From assembly GCA_035524375.1 (NCBI GenBank), contig DATKOZ010000059.1, positions 28,822-92,821 of the forward strand: a DNA stretch of 64,000 bases, in the 5' to 3' direction. The notes below the pieces were generated by a model. It was not told the DNA's origin, searched no databases, and worked only from the letters and a program-made list of their open reading frames with translations. Position numbers and translations under genes: made by a program. Shown here piece after piece: positions 35,684 through 46,597 of this stretch; position 1 is the stretch's first letter; each line of letters begins with the position of its first letter. This DNA comes from Candidatus Binataceae bacterium (GTDB lineage: Bacteria > Desulfobacterota > Binatia > Binatales > Binataceae).

Positions 35684-35959
35684 ATGGCGATGCAAGAGAT
35701 CAAATCCTTCAAAATTGTACCGAGTTGTATTGTGATCGCCTGCGTATGGGGTGTCCTTGCGGTGCTGGAGGGCATCGGCCTGTTCCTCGGCGGCCTCGTA
35801 CATGGTCATGTGGGGATCGGTTTATACGGCCTGATCGTGCGACCGCTAATTTTTTTCGCTCCGGCAGTATTGATGTCAGCGCTAGCAATTTGGGTGTACA
35901 ACGCGATTGCACCCCAAATCGGCGGTATTCAGATCGAAGTCGGTGACGCGAAGGAATAA
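35684..35959 (+). CDS. Small hypothetical membrane protein
   Basis: 91 aa with three hydrophobic segments. No recognisable motif. Confidence 0.45.
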   Translation: MAMQEIKSFKIVPSCIVIACVWGVLAVLEGIGLFLGGLVHGHVGIGLYGLIVRPLIFFAPAVLMSALAIWVYNAIAPQIGGIQIEVGDAKE

Positions 35960-35977
35960 TCGCTGCTGGCGCTTCAG

Positions 35978-37939
35978 CTACTCTTCATTAGCTTCGCGCA
36001 GGCGCGCCAGTACTGACAGATCCTCAAGCGTAGTTGTGTCACCCAAGGTCTCGTCACCCGATGCGATCTGGCGTAGCAATCTGCGCATAATTTTGCCGCT
36101 GCGCGTCTTGGGGAGGGCTTCGGTGAAGCGAATGTCATCGGGGCGCGCCAGTGCGCCTATCTCTTTGGCGACATGCGCGCGCAGTTCGTCCTTCAGATGA
36201 TTATCGCCCTTGCGTCCGCCCTCAAGCGTTACGAACGCGACCACTGCCTGCCCCTTCATTTCGTCGGGACGGCCAACGCATGCCGCCTCCGCCACCGCGT
36301 GATGCGACACAAGTGCACTTTCGATCTCCATCGTGCCTAAACGGTGACCGGAAACGTTAATGACGTCATCGACACGGCCCATGATCCACAGGTATCCATC
36401 ACTGTCGCGGCGTGCGCCGTCACCGGTGAAATAAACGCCCTCGATCTGGCTGAAGTAGGCGCTGCGGTAGCGGTCGGGATCGCGGAATATCGTTCGCAGC
36501 ATCCCCGGCCACGGTTTGCGGATAATGAGCAGCCCGCCCTGATTGGCGCCAACCGGTTTTCCGTCGCGTGTGACAACATCGGCGGCAATTCCAGGTAGCG
36601 GACGGGTTGCGGATCCCGGTTTGGTTGCGATCGCACCGGGGACGGGACTGATCATGATTCCGCCGGTTTCGGTCTGCCACCACGTGTCGACGATTGGGCA
36701 TCGATCGCCGCCGATCGTATGGCGATACCACATCCACGCTTCCGGATTGATTGGTTCGCCAACCGAGCCGAGCAGCCGAAGGCTGGATAGGTCGTGTTTT
36801 TTCACCCACTGCTCGCCCCACTTTATGAAAGTGCGAATCGCAGTCGGCGCTGTATAAAAGATGCTGACCCGGTACTTCTCGATAATCCGCCAAAAACGAT
36901 CGTTCTCGGGATGGTTCGGTGCGCCCTCATACATTACAACCGTCGCCCCCGCCCCCAGCGGTCCGTACACGGTGTAGCTGTGGCCGGTAATCCATCCGAT
37001 GTCGGCGGTGCACCAGTAGATGTCGTCCTCCTTGAGGTCGAACACCCACTTCATCGTCATGTGCGTATGTGTCAGGTAGCCGCCGGTCGTGTGCACGACG
37101 CCCTTGGGCTTTCCGGTCGTACCCGACGTGTAAAGCGTGAACAGGGGATGCTCCGAGTCTAGCAGCGCCGCCGGACAGTTTGGGCTTTGCGCGGGGACAA
37201 GCTCGTCCCACCATATGTCTCGTCCCTTGCGCATCGTGACTTTGTTTCCGGTGCGCTTGAGGACGATGACTTTGGCGACGGATGGACATTTCTTGAGCGC
37301 ATCATCGACGTTCTGCTTGAGCTCGACAATTCGCCCGCGGCGCCACCCGCCGTCGGACGTGATGCATACCTTTGCTTCCGCGTCGTTGATTCGATCGGCC
37401 AGCGCCTCCGACGAGAAGCCGCCGAAAATCACCGAATGAATTGCGCCGATTCTGGCGCACGCAAGCATCGCGATGGCGGACTCCGGGACCAGCGGCATAT
37501 AGATCGCTACACGGTCGCCGTCCTTGACCCCGAGGCTGAGCAGGGCATTAGCGCATCGGGCGACCTCGTCGGCCAGCATCTGGTAGGTGAGTACGCGAAA
37601 GTCCCCCGGCTCGCCCTCCCATATAAGAGCAGCCTTATTGCGGCGCGGACCATCCAAATGCCGGTCCAGGCAGTTGTACGCGGCGTTTATCTCGCCGCCG
37701 ATGAACCACTTGGCGAACGGAAAATTCCACTCCAGAGTTTTGGTAAACGGCTTGAACCAATTGAGGTTGCGGGCACATTCCGCCCAGAATCCTTCCGGGT
37801 CGGCTTCCGCGCGCCGGGATAGGGCTTCGTATTCGGCGAGGCTTTTTATCGACGCGCGCGCGCTGAATTCCGGTTGCGGCGTAAAGCTGCGTGCTTCAGT
37901 TAATACCGATTCGATATGCGAAGTTTCGTTTCCAGCCAC
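35978..37939 (-). CDS. acs: Acetyl-CoA synthetase (acetate--CoA ligase)
   Basis: Full-length match to the Acs pattern: '[15 protein letters not shown]', the AMP-binding motif '[13 protein letters not shown]', 'WWQTETGG', and the C-terminal '[15 protein letters not shown]'. The start is GTG. Confidence 0.95.
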   Translation of the reverse strand: MAGNETSHIESVLTEARSFTPQPEFSARASIKSLAEYEALSRRAEADPEGFWAECARNLNWFKPFTKTLEWNFPFAKWFIGGEINAAYNCLDRHLDGPRRNKAALIWEGEPGDFRVLTYQMLADEVARCANALLSLGVKDGDRVAIYMPLVPESAIAMLACARIGAIHSVIFGGFSSEALADRINDAEAKVCITSDGGWRRGRIVELKQNVDDALKKCPSVAKVIVLKRTGNKVTMRKGRDIWWDELVPAQSPNCPAALLDSEHPLFTLYTSGTTGKPKGVVHTTGGYLTHTHMTMKWVFDLKEDDIYWCTADIGWITGHSYTVYGPLGAGATVVMYEGAPNHPENDRFWRIIEKYRVSIFYTAPTAIRTFIKWGEQWVKKHDLSSLRLLGSVGEPINPEAWMWYRHTIGGDRCPIVDTWWQTETGGIMISPVPGAIATKPGSATRPLPGIAADVVTRDGKPVGANQGGLLIIRKPWPGMLRTIFRDPDRYRSAYFSQIEGVYFTGDGARRDSDGYLWIMGRVDDVINVSGHRLGTMEIESALVSHHAVAEAACVGRPDEMKGQAVVAFVTLEGGRKGDNHLKDELRAHVAKEIGALARPDDIRFTEALPKTRSGKIMRRLLRQIASGDETLGDTTTLEDLSVLARLREANEE

Positions 37940-37945
37940 GGCATT

Positions 37946-39400
37946 TTATACCCGGCCGCGAGCTTCGCGCGTTTTCAAGCTCAGGTAAAGAGATGCGGCA
38001 TCCCCGACTTCGCGCCGATTGGACTTGATCTCGCGCAGCCGATCGAGCAGCTCGGATTCGATGCTGGCGGAAAGCTCGGATGCAAGTTCGATCGCGCGGG
38101 CGGCCCACCGCAGCACGACCCGCCCTTCCAGCCCGCCGAAATCGTCGAAGAACCAGGCACAACTGGTCAGCGAGGCCTGCCCCGCACGGACCATCTCGAA
38201 CATTCTGAGCAGCCGATCGCGGCTGGCCTCGTCGCCAATCTTGAAGCGGGCGAAATATTCGTCGCGTGCACCGGGGCTCGAATCGACGAGCGGACGGATG
38301 CCACCGAGCAGCGCCGCCTGATGATCCTTGACGAGATCCGGCGCAAACCTTTCGTAGGTCATCGTAATATGATTGTTCACGAACTCCATCGCCACGCGCA
38401 GCGGCCCGCGCCATTCCTGCGATGTGCTCGCATCGAGCCGGCATCCGCAATTGGAGCGCCATCTCTCAACGCCATGCGGACAACTCCATGAGGCCGCGCC
38501 AGGAACCTCGAAGGTCCCCCGCGCCTGATGCTGCACCAGATAAGCACTGCAATTGATTACTTTTACGTCGTCGCGCCGCTCCAGCATTATCAGTGCGCGT
38601 GCCAACTCCGCCGCTCCCTGGCGCCGGTGATGGCCAAAGGTCTCGCCGTCGGTGGCGATCATAATCGCGGCGCCCGGCTCAAGCCGAACGGCAGTGGCGG
38701 CGATCCATTCGGCCAGCCGCGCACCGTCACTCAGGCCGTCGCCGAATGACACCGTGGCGCATAACTCGCGATCGAAGCGGAAGATTGCAAGCGACTGGCT
38801 GCCGCCGCTCCACATGAACGGGCCCGCCTCACGCGTGTCGGCGCCGGGTCCGCGAAATCGTCCCTCTTCCGGCGCCAAAATTACAAACTTCAAACCGGCC
38901 GCGGCCACCGCATGCAGCGTATCTTCGTCGGCGGCGCACTCGGGCAGCCACATACCTTCCGGCTTGCGGCCGAACCGGTAATTGAAATCCTCGATTCCCC
39001 AAGCAATTTGCAGGTCACGGTCGCGCGGAGCAAGCAGCGGAAGAATCGAATGGCTGTATGATTGGGCAATGCCGTTGCCATGACCGGCGTGAGCTGCCGC
39101 CGATAGCGAGTCGCCGCGCACGGCGGCGCGATACGCGGCTTTGCCGTGAACTTCCATCCATCCGGCCAGCGTAGGCCCGAAGTCGAAATTAATCGCCTCG
39201 TAGTTGTTCCGGACGTGAACCACCGATCCCTCCATCGCATGGGCGTGGGCATTGGCGGTGTAGCATTCGCTCAGGATGCGCTCGTTCCAGTTTTGGAACG
39301 GAGCGGCGCCGCGTTCGGGGCTGATAATTCCCGTCCAAGGGCTTTCGCGTGGCGGCTGATAGAAGTGCCCGTGGATGATAACGTAGCGAGGTTCGTCCAT
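37946..39400 (-). CDS. Glycoside hydrolase family 57-like protein (with DUF3536-like C-terminal region)
   Basis: 'YVIIHGHFYQPPRESPW' is the GH57 hallmark N-terminus. ATG is at 39400, and the gene is 6 nt upstream of acs. Confidence 0.8.
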   Translation of the reverse strand: MDEPRYVIIHGHFYQPPRESPWTGIISPERGAAPFQNWNERILSECYTANAHAHAMEGSVVHVRNNYEAINFDFGPTLAGWMEVHGKAAYRAAVRGDSLSAAAHAGHGNGIAQSYSHSILPLLAPRDRDLQIAWGIEDFNYRFGRKPEGMWLPECAADEDTLHAVAAAGLKFVILAPEEGRFRGPGADTREAGPFMWSGGSQSLAIFRFDRELCATVSFGDGLSDGARLAEWIAATAVRLEPGAAIMIATDGETFGHHRRQGAAELARALIMLERRDDVKVINCSAYLVQHQARGTFEVPGAASWSCPHGVERWRSNCGCRLDASTSQEWRGPLRVAMEFVNNHITMTYERFAPDLVKDHQAALLGGIRPLVDSSPGARDEYFARFKIGDEASRDRLLRMFEMVRAGQASLTSCAWFFDDFGGLEGRVVLRWAARAIELASELSASIESELLDRLREIKSNRREVGDAASLYLSLKTREARGRV

Positions 39401-39456
39401 GTGGTTCCATTTTGCGCCGGAACGCCCGAATCGGTAAAGGCCCGGCATTTGCAGCA

Positions 39457-39500
39457 GCAAAACTTATCGTGATTCTTTGCCGGATTTCGCAAAACTTATC
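39457..39500. promoter_or_regulatory. 12-bp direct repeat pair in the divergent GH57 / Sel1 intergenic region
   Basis: gcaaaacttatc occurs at 39457-39468 and again at 39489-39500, 32 bp start to start (about 3 helical turns). It lies between the GH57 start (39400, minus) and the Sel1 start (39586, plus). Confidence 0.35.
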
Positions 39501-39585
39501 AAGCGGCGGATGCCGCATTACCCGGCGTCTGTTCACAGCTTGATGCACTTTGACGGCCCGGCGCACATGGCTATGCTGTCCAGCA

Positions 39586-40275
39586 ATGAAACTGCCGGTT
39601 AATTTTCGAATCGCTGCCGCGCTCGCATTGATGGCGCTGTTTGCGGCAACTGCAGAATCATGTGCCTCCAAATGCGAGTTGGTATCGTTGCAAGAGAAGG
39701 CCCTGCAGGGCGATGCCAAGGCCGAATACCGGTACGGTCGCCTCTACGAAAATGGATGGGGCAGACCGGTAAACTACGACGAAGCTGCAAAGTGGTACCG
39801 AAAATCTGCGGACCAGAGATATCCCAAGGCGCAAAACAGCATGGGCGATTTGTGTGCTCGCGGTCTCGGCGTGGCCCAAAATTATGCCTTGGCGGCCAAT
39901 TGGTATCGTAAAGCCGCCGAGCAAGGCGATGCCGCGGCGCAGACCAATCTCGGCAATCTTTATCTTCAGGGCCAAGGCGTAACGCCCGACGATTCCGCCG
40001 CCGCCGCATGGTTTTGGCAAGCGGCTAAACTTGGCAATGCGACCGCTCAGGCCAAACTTGGCAACTTGTACCTGACCGGCAGGGGCGTAACGCAGAACTA
40101 CGCCGAGGCGTATTTCTGGTTGACATTGGCCGAAAAGTCCAACTCCGACGAACAGAAGGACTCCTCATGGTTGAATGAACGGGACGATGCCGCCCGTTTT
40201 CTTACCCCGCTGGAGATTTCAGCTGTGCAGAAGCGTGTGTCGGGTTGGACTCATCAAAAGCCGACCGAAACCTAG
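39586..40275 (+). CDS. Sel1-repeat (SLR) protein, secreted
   Basis: Signal peptide MKLPVNFRIAAALALMALFAATA. It has about five 'A..WY.KAA.QG...AQ..LG..Y..G.GV..(N/D)...A..W' repeats. Confidence 0.9.
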   Translation: MKLPVNFRIAAALALMALFAATAESCASKCELVSLQEKALQGDAKAEYRYGRLYENGWGRPVNYDEAAKWYRKSADQRYPKAQNSMGDLCARGLGVAQNYALAANWYRKAAEQGDAAAQTNLGNLYLQGQGVTPDDSAAAAWFWQAAKLGNATAQAKLGNLYLTGRGVTQNYAEAYFWLTLAEKSNSDEQKDSSWLNERDDAARFLTPLEISAVQKRVSGWTHQKPTET

Positions 40276-40426
40276 TCTGCCCTGACATACCACCCGCGCT
40301 GCCGGGTAAAGCAGCCCGGATTTCCGGGCGCGCCGATAGCTGATAATTTCATAGACGCCACCGATGCGCATGTTCACGCGGATTTCATATTGATCCGATG
40401 GACTTTTACCTCCGCGCCGGCGGTTG

Positions 40427-42496
40427 ATGACGCGCATACGCTTACAGATGGTATCCGAATTCGCCAAGCCGGCCCCTGCCGAACCGCCCCCGGAGCCACC
40501 CCCCCCTGCGCGGCCGGGCGGACATCCGCCGACAATTCTCGACGACGAACGCTTCGCTATCATCGCAGTAATGGCCGTAACCGCGATCGTCTACGCGCGA
40601 TGCGTCGGCTTCGACTTTGTGCTTGACGATCGGATGTGGGTAAACAGCCGGTTCATAGGCGATTGGTCGTTCGCGTGGCAATCGATCATTCACGATTCAT
40701 GGTGGTTCCACGACCCCGGACACCTCCCGCAGAGCCCGTACTACCGCCCGCTGCAGGGGATTCTTGCCACGGTCATCTTTCACCTGTTCGGCGCCAATCC
40801 GGCGGGATGGCATTCTGTAATGATCGCCCTGCATCTGCTGGTTGCGTGGTTTGCGTATCGCGCAGCGCGCCTGCTTACCGGAAATGGGCGCACCGCGATG
40901 CTTGCGGCTGCGATGTATGCGCTGATGCCGCAGCAGGCCCAATCGGTTATCTGGTCCACGGTCACCGACATGCCCATGAACGCGGCATTCGAATTGGCGG
41001 CATTTGGCCTTTATCTGCAATGCCGCATCGACCAGAGCGAAGACAAACCTTCACTGCGCTATCTTCTCCTCTCGCTTGGATTCTTCGCCGCTGCGTTGCT
41101 CAGCTACGACAGCGCAGTGACCTTCCCGGCGCTAATCGCCGCCCACGCCCTGATTTTCCCGAGCCAGAATGCCAGCGAAAGCGAGGGACTGAAGGTCCGA
41201 GTACGAACGGGGATTTCAGCGATGCTCCCCTATGCTTTCGTACTCGCCGCATACCTTGCGATCAAACTCGTACTGCTCGGATTCATCAGCCAACCGTTTT
41301 TGCACAACGACATGACGGCATGGGAACTGATCCTGACGATTCCAGGCGCGATGTGGGCATACGCGATGCTGCTGATTATGCCGTGGCGGGCGGAACCAGC
41401 GGCGCATGGCCTTGCGATAGCGAGAGGTGTCGCTGATCCGGAGTTTCTGATGCCTGCCGGGGGGCTGGCCCTTCTTTGCGCCGCGCCCTACCTAGTTCTC
41501 CGCAACCACCCACATCGCCGCCTTTACCTGTTTTGCGCTGCATGGACATTGATAGCACTTGCACCTGCACTCAACTTGCGCGGGTTGCGGGCGGATCTCC
41601 TTTTCGCCGATCGATACCTCTACCTGCCCGCATTTGGATTCTGTGTGATGGTGGCCGATCTTGCCGTTACCTTCGCCAATACCGGACGCGTTCAGGCGCA
41701 AATGGTCGCAATAGGGGCAACTGCCGTTGTGCTCTTGTACGCGGCGCTGCTGTTTCACGACGAAGGTTACTGGCGGGAGGATTATGCCCTCTATTCGCAT
41801 AGCGTGGAGAAATTCCCGGAAATCGGCATCTGGCATAGCCGGTTGGGATTGATTCTCTCTGCGCGTGGTGATTTCACCAACGCGCGCCGCGAATTGGAAA
41901 TCGGGACATCGAAGGATCCCGACACCGACGGCAATGCGCTGTATGGTTTGGGACTGGTCGACGAAATGCTCGGCGACCGGAAGGCGGCGCTGGAAGTAAT
42001 GGAACGGGGGTTCCGCCGCTTCGACCATCCGCCGCTTATCGCATACACGGAACTCGCAATCGCCCGTGACGCTGCCGGCGATGCAAAAGGTGCAAATGAA
42101 GCGCTGGCTGATGCCGCCAAACAACCGGGCGGCGCCAATGCGGCCGATCTGGCGCGTGCGAAACTGATGTTCGTGCATGATGACGCGAAGGGCTCGGAAG
42201 CCACCTTGCGCGATCTGCTGCGGCGCGATCCGAATTACGCACCCGGATGGATTTTCCTCGGCACCGTGCTGGCATCAGAGCAAAAGTACGACGACGCGCT
42301 CGGCGCATTTCGTCATGCATCGTCGCTGGTACCGTACGACCCAACTCTTCACTATCAGGCCGCCGTGATTCTCCATAATTTGAAGCGCGATCATGAAGCG
42401 CACGACGAATGCACGGCCGCGCTTGCACAGTCGCCAAACGATCCCAAAGCACGGGCACTGATGGCCGCAATCGAACAGAGTAAGGCAGCTCGTTAG
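40427..42496 (+). CDS. Paralog P7: GT-C-like membrane domain plus full TPR domain
   Basis: 'FDFVLDDRMWVNS', 'HDSWWFHDPGHLPQSPYYRP', 'IFHLFGANPAGWH', and the TPR tail '...HYQAAVILHNLKRDHEAHDECTAALAQSPNDPKARALMAAIE'. The N-terminus is Pro-rich. The start is ATG 40427 (TTG 40424 in the ORF track). Confidence 0.8.
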   Translation: MTRIRLQMVSEFAKPAPAEPPPEPPPPARPGGHPPTILDDERFAIIAVMAVTAIVYARCVGFDFVLDDRMWVNSRFIGDWSFAWQSIIHDSWWFHDPGHLPQSPYYRPLQGILATVIFHLFGANPAGWHSVMIALHLLVAWFAYRAARLLTGNGRTAMLAAAMYALMPQQAQSVIWSTVTDMPMNAAFELAAFGLYLQCRIDQSEDKPSLRYLLLSLGFFAAALLSYDSAVTFPALIAAHALIFPSQNASESEGLKVRVRTGISAMLPYAFVLAAYLAIKLVLLGFISQPFLHNDMTAWELILTIPGAMWAYAMLLIMPWRAEPAAHGLAIARGVADPEFLMPAGGLALLCAAPYLVLRNHPHRRLYLFCAAWTLIALAPALNLRGLRADLLFADRYLYLPAFGFCVMVADLAVTFANTGRVQAQMVAIGATAVVLLYAALLFHDEGYWREDYALYSHSVEKFPEIGIWHSRLGLILSARGDFTNARRELEIGTSKDPDTDGNALYGLGLVDEMLGDRKAALEVMERGFRRFDHPPLIAYTELAIARDAAGDAKGANEALADAAKQPGGANAADLARAKLMFVHDDAKGSEATLRDLLRRDPNYAPGWIFLGTVLASEQKYDDALGAFRHASSLVPYDPTLHYQAAVILHNLKRDHEAHDECTAALAQSPNDPKARALMAAIEQSKAAR

Positions 42497-42497
42497 G

Positions 42498-44552
42498 ATG
42501 GCTGAGACAGCACAAATCGCTGCCAATCCACCGGACAGCAAGCCGGCTTCCGGATTCGCCTTGTGGTTGCTTGGCGGCGGCTCCCCGCCGCGAGCGGGAA
42601 TCGCCGCGGTTCTGCTTGCCACCGCGTTCGTCTACTCACGATGCCTTGGTAACGATTTCGTATTCGACGATCGCGAGGAGATCGTCTTCAATCCGTACAT
42701 CGGGAACTGGTCATTTGTCGCAAAGTCCCTGTTCAGCGATGCTTGGTGGTTCCGCGATCCACTGCATCAAAGCCGCTACTACCGCCCGCTTATGAACGTA
42801 TGGCTGTGGCTCAATTATCACCTGTTTGGATTGAATCCCGCAGGGTGGCATGCCGCGATGATCGCATTACATCTGGTTGCGGTATGGCTGGCATTCCGGG
42901 TCGCTACCTTGCTGAGCGGTGACCGCTGGATCGGCCTCTTCGCGGCAGCTCTGTTCGGATTGATGCCGATTCATGCGCAGGCAGTCGTGTGGCCTGCCGC
43001 AATCGCACCGCTGATGTGCGGGACATTTGAACTCGCGTCGCTTGAATACTTTCTATGCGCGTTTGGCTTGCCCGAATCCGACGGACGCCGCACTCGACTG
43101 TCAGCGATCTCAATTGGGCTATTTGCCGGAGCACTGCTCAGCTACGACAGCTCAATTGCGTTTCCATTCATAATCGCCGCGTACTGCTTCATTCGCCCAC
43201 ACGAGCCAGCCGACGGAGCACACGTACCGCAAGGTCAAGCTGGTACCGTGACAGATCGCATCCGTGATACGGCGAACGCAACCGCTCCATACATTGTCGT
43301 TCTGGTCGGGTATCTCCTCCTGCGGCTCTGGGCGCTAAATTTTATTTTCCGCCCGCACATGCACAACCATATGACGCTCGCGGAAATTGCGCTTACGATT
43401 CCCGGCGCGATCGCGGGCTACGCAATGGCATTTGTGGTGCCATGGATGGCCGGCCCGGCGCAGCGGTTGAATATCGTAACGGGCATCGCGGACCAGGGGT
43501 TCTATTTCCCGGTTCTCGGCCTGTCGATTCTTTGCGGCGCCGCCTTTTTATTGATTCGTAGCAATCGGCGCCGCCTTCTATACCTGTTTTATGCAGCGTT
43601 CATCTTAATTGCGTTGGGCCCAATGCTGAATCTGCGAGCATTCCAGGATCAACTGGCGATCCAGGATCGCTACGCATACTTTGCATCATTCGGATTTTGC
43701 ATGTTCCTTGCCGACTATGCCGTCTCGTTTGCGCGACGGAACGATCGATTGGCACCGGTGGTTTGGATCGGTGCAACTGGGATTACGCTACTCTATGCGG
43801 GAACACTTTTTTGGGTGCAACAATTCTGGCACGACGATCTCGCGCTGTTTCAGCGCTGCGTAGATGTCGTTCCGGATGCGGGAACGTGGCATAGCCGGCT
43901 GGGGCTGGTGCTGGAAGCCCGTGGCGATTATCGCGGTGCGCGAAGCGAATTGGAGACTGCGGACCGCCTCGATAAATTCACCGAAGGTGTCGTACTCCAC
44001 GATTTGAGTCTGGTTGACGAACATTTAAACGATCCGGCCGCAGCGGCACGCGTTATGGCGAAGGCGGTTGAACGTGCGGAAGACCCGCCGCCGGTGGCAT
44101 ACACGGACCTGGCGATCGCGCGGGAAGCTGCCGGCGACTCAGCGGGCGCGGAGGAAGCGCTCAAGCACGCCGCCGCAATGCCCGGTGGGGCAAATGTAGC
44201 AGAGCTGGCTCACGCGCAAATCCGTTTGATGCATGGCGATGCCAAAGGCACCGAGGATGCCGTGCGAGAACTGCTAAAACACGCCCCTGATTATGTCGCC
44301 GCGCTCAATGTCCTTGGTGCTGTACTTTCATCGGAGCACCGCTACGACGAAGCGCTACAGGTGTATCGCCACGGGGCAACGGTCGTGCCGACCGACTCGG
44401 ATTTGCATTATCGAATCGCCCTGATACTCCACAAACTCGGGCGCGACGGCGAGGCGTATCCGGAATGTTCGGCTGCGCTTGCGGGCGCGCCGCAGGATCC
44501 GAAGATGCTGTCGCTGATGGCTGAAATCAAACGTGGCCCCGGTGCGCACTAG
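42498..44552 (+). CDS. Paralog P8: GT-C-like membrane domain plus full TPR domain
   Basis: 'NDFVFDDREEIVFN', 'SDAWWFRDPLHQSRYYRP', 'NYHLFGLNPAGWH' and the tail 'HYRIALILHKLGRDGEAYPECSAAL'. The junction with P7 is TAG-G-ATG. Confidence 0.85.
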   Translation: MAETAQIAANPPDSKPASGFALWLLGGGSPPRAGIAAVLLATAFVYSRCLGNDFVFDDREEIVFNPYIGNWSFVAKSLFSDAWWFRDPLHQSRYYRPLMNVWLWLNYHLFGLNPAGWHAAMIALHLVAVWLAFRVATLLSGDRWIGLFAAALFGLMPIHAQAVVWPAAIAPLMCGTFELASLEYFLCAFGLPESDGRRTRLSAISIGLFAGALLSYDSSIAFPFIIAAYCFIRPHEPADGAHVPQGQAGTVTDRIRDTANATAPYIVVLVGYLLLRLWALNFIFRPHMHNHMTLAEIALTIPGAIAGYAMAFVVPWMAGPAQRLNIVTGIADQGFYFPVLGLSILCGAAFLLIRSNRRRLLYLFYAAFILIALGPMLNLRAFQDQLAIQDRYAYFASFGFCMFLADYAVSFARRNDRLAPVVWIGATGITLLYAGTLFWVQQFWHDDLALFQRCVDVVPDAGTWHSRLGLVLEARGDYRGARSELETADRLDKFTEGVVLHDLSLVDEHLNDPAAAARVMAKAVERAEDPPPVAYTDLAIAREAAGDSAGAEEALKHAAAMPGGANVAELAHAQIRLMHGDAKGTEDAVRELLKHAPDYVAALNVLGAVLSSEHRYDEALQVYRHGATVVPTDSDLHYRIALILHKLGRDGEAYPECSAALAGAPQDPKMLSLMAEIKRGPGAH

Positions 44553-44553
44553 G

Positions 44554-46596
44554 ATGCCGGCGAACGACAATACCGCTGCCAAGACATCGGCGCGCGAGGC
44601 CGGATTCCGTTCGGAAATCTCGTGGTTTAACGGCGAATCGGCACCGCGAGTGTGGCTTGGCGCACTGCTGATCGTCGCTGGACTCATATACAGCCGATGC
44701 CTTTCGCACGAATTTGTTCTCGACGATTACGACTGGGCGAACAATCGCTACATAGGAGATTGGTCTTTCATCTGGAAATCGTTCGTAAGCGACGCGTGGT
44801 GGTATCTCGATCCCGCGCACCCGCCCCAGAGCTCGTACTACCGGCCGATGCTGGATGTGTGGGCGGCGCTCAACTTCCACCTGTTCGGCGTCAATCCGTT
44901 TGAGTGGCATCTCGCGATGGTCGCGATTTCGCTGCTCGTAGTCTGGCAGGCGTTTCGCATCGCAAACCTGCTGACCGGTAATGCGTGGACTGCGCTACTG
45001 TGCGCGGCATTGTTCGCGTTGATGCCGGGCCATGCGGAATCGATCGTATGGCCCTCGGCGATTTGCCAGCCGCTCTACGCGGCATTTGTGCTCGGCTCGT
45101 TTGAATTCCATTTGCGCCTCAGAGATGTTCCGGTTGGCGATCCGCGCCATCTGCGATGGCTGGTTATATCGATGGCGTTGTTCGCGGGAGCGCTGTTGAC
45201 CTACGAACCGGCCGCGCTCTTCCCGCTTCTGATCGTGCTGCACGGCTACTTGTTTCCTAACGAGGCGTCCAAAGGCGCGCCCGCACAGCCCGCGTCCGAA
45301 CTATGGAAAATAATATTCGACGCAGTATTCCCGTACGTAGTGCTGACGATCGCCTACCTGCTGCTTCGATTCTGGGTGCTTGGATTCATCAGCCGGCCCT
45401 ATTTGGTCAAACACGTGACCGGACTGGAAAGCATTCTGACGATGCCATACGCGCTTGCGATTTACTTGATGATCATGGCGATTCCAACGATGGCCGGGCC
45501 GGCGCATCGGCTGGATGCTGTCGAAAGTCTCGCCGCTCCCGGATTCTATCTGCCGCTGCTAGGCCTGATAATTCTGTTTGGCACCGGCTTTTTCCTCCTG
45601 CGAAGCCATCCGCATCGGCGGTTGTATGTGTTTTGCATGGCATGGATTCTGATCGCATTTGCGCCGATGCTGAACCTCCAAGGATTGTTCGCGGAGAGCC
45701 TGATTCAGGATCGCTATTTGTATTTCCCGTCGTTTGGGCTGTGCCTGATGGCGGCCGACCTTGCGGTAGGTTTCGGCGATAACAGTCCGGCCCGGTCACA
45801 AGCGATCTGGACGGCATCCGCCGTCGCGCTCGCAATAAGCGCCCTCCTGCTTTTTTCTGTCGAACGATTCTGGCACGACGACATCGCGCTCTATGAGCAG
45901 TGCATCGTCGCGACACCCGATGTCGGCATTTGGCACTATCGATTGGGCCGCGCGCTCGCCGCACGCGGAAACCTGAAAGAAGCGCGCCAGCAGCTTGAAA
46001 GGACCGTCGCGCTCGAACCGAACGCGGGCGGAAACATACTGTTCGATCTCGGCCTGATAGAAGAGAAACTTGGGGACCGAACTGCTGCGGAACGCGAAAT
46101 GTCCGAAGGATTGAAACGGTTCGCAAATCCGCCGCTGGTCGCATACCGCGATGTCGCCATTGCAGCCGATGCCGCCGGCGACTACAAAGGCGCCGAGGCG
46201 GTGCTTAAGCAGGCCGAGGCACAGGATGGCGGCGTTGAAATGGCCGCCATGACCCGCGCGCAAATCCTGTCGATCCACGGCAATCGCGCCGGTGCGGAGG
46301 CCGCGCTCAGGGAGCTACTGCGGCGTAATCCCGACAATGCGCAAGCGCTCGCCGCGCTTGGGACAACGCTGTCATCCGACGGTCACTTGGACGATGCCCT
46401 CGACGCTTACCGCCACGCATCGCTGCTGGAGCCGCATGATTCGAACCTGCATTATCGAATCGCACTGACTCTTCATAAATTGGGCCGCAATCGCGAGGCT
46501 CATGACGAGTGCGCGCTCGCGCTCTCCAGCATGCCCAGCGACCCGAATGTGCGAGCGCTGATGGCCGAGCTTGAGCATGCCGGCGCGCCCGACTGA
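44554..46596 (+). CDS. Paralog P9: GT-C-like membrane domain plus full TPR domain
   Basis: 'HEFVLDDYDWANN', 'SDAWWYLDPAHPPQSSYYRP', 'NFHLFGVNPFEWH' and the tail 'HYRIALTLHKLGRNREAHDECALAL'. I prefer ATG 44554, which gives the same TAG-G-ATG junction as P7/P8, over the GTG at 44533. Confidence 0.8.
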   Translation: MPANDNTAAKTSAREAGFRSEISWFNGESAPRVWLGALLIVAGLIYSRCLSHEFVLDDYDWANNRYIGDWSFIWKSFVSDAWWYLDPAHPPQSSYYRPMLDVWAALNFHLFGVNPFEWHLAMVAISLLVVWQAFRIANLLTGNAWTALLCAALFALMPGHAESIVWPSAICQPLYAAFVLGSFEFHLRLRDVPVGDPRHLRWLVISMALFAGALLTYEPAALFPLLIVLHGYLFPNEASKGAPAQPASELWKIIFDAVFPYVVLTIAYLLLRFWVLGFISRPYLVKHVTGLESILTMPYALAIYLMIMAIPTMAGPAHRLDAVESLAAPGFYLPLLGLIILFGTGFFLLRSHPHRRLYVFCMAWILIAFAPMLNLQGLFAESLIQDRYLYFPSFGLCLMAADLAVGFGDNSPARSQAIWTASAVALAISALLLFSVERFWHDDIALYEQCIVATPDVGIWHYRLGRALAARGNLKEARQQLERTVALEPNAGGNILFDLGLIEEKLGDRTAAEREMSEGLKRFANPPLVAYRDVAIAADAAGDYKGAEAVLKQAEAQDGGVEMAAMTRAQILSIHGNRAGAEAALRELLRRNPDNAQALAALGTTLSSDGHLDDALDAYRHASLLEPHDSNLHYRIALTLHKLGRNREAHDECALALSSMPSDPNVRALMAELEHAGAPD

Positions 46597-46597
46597 A

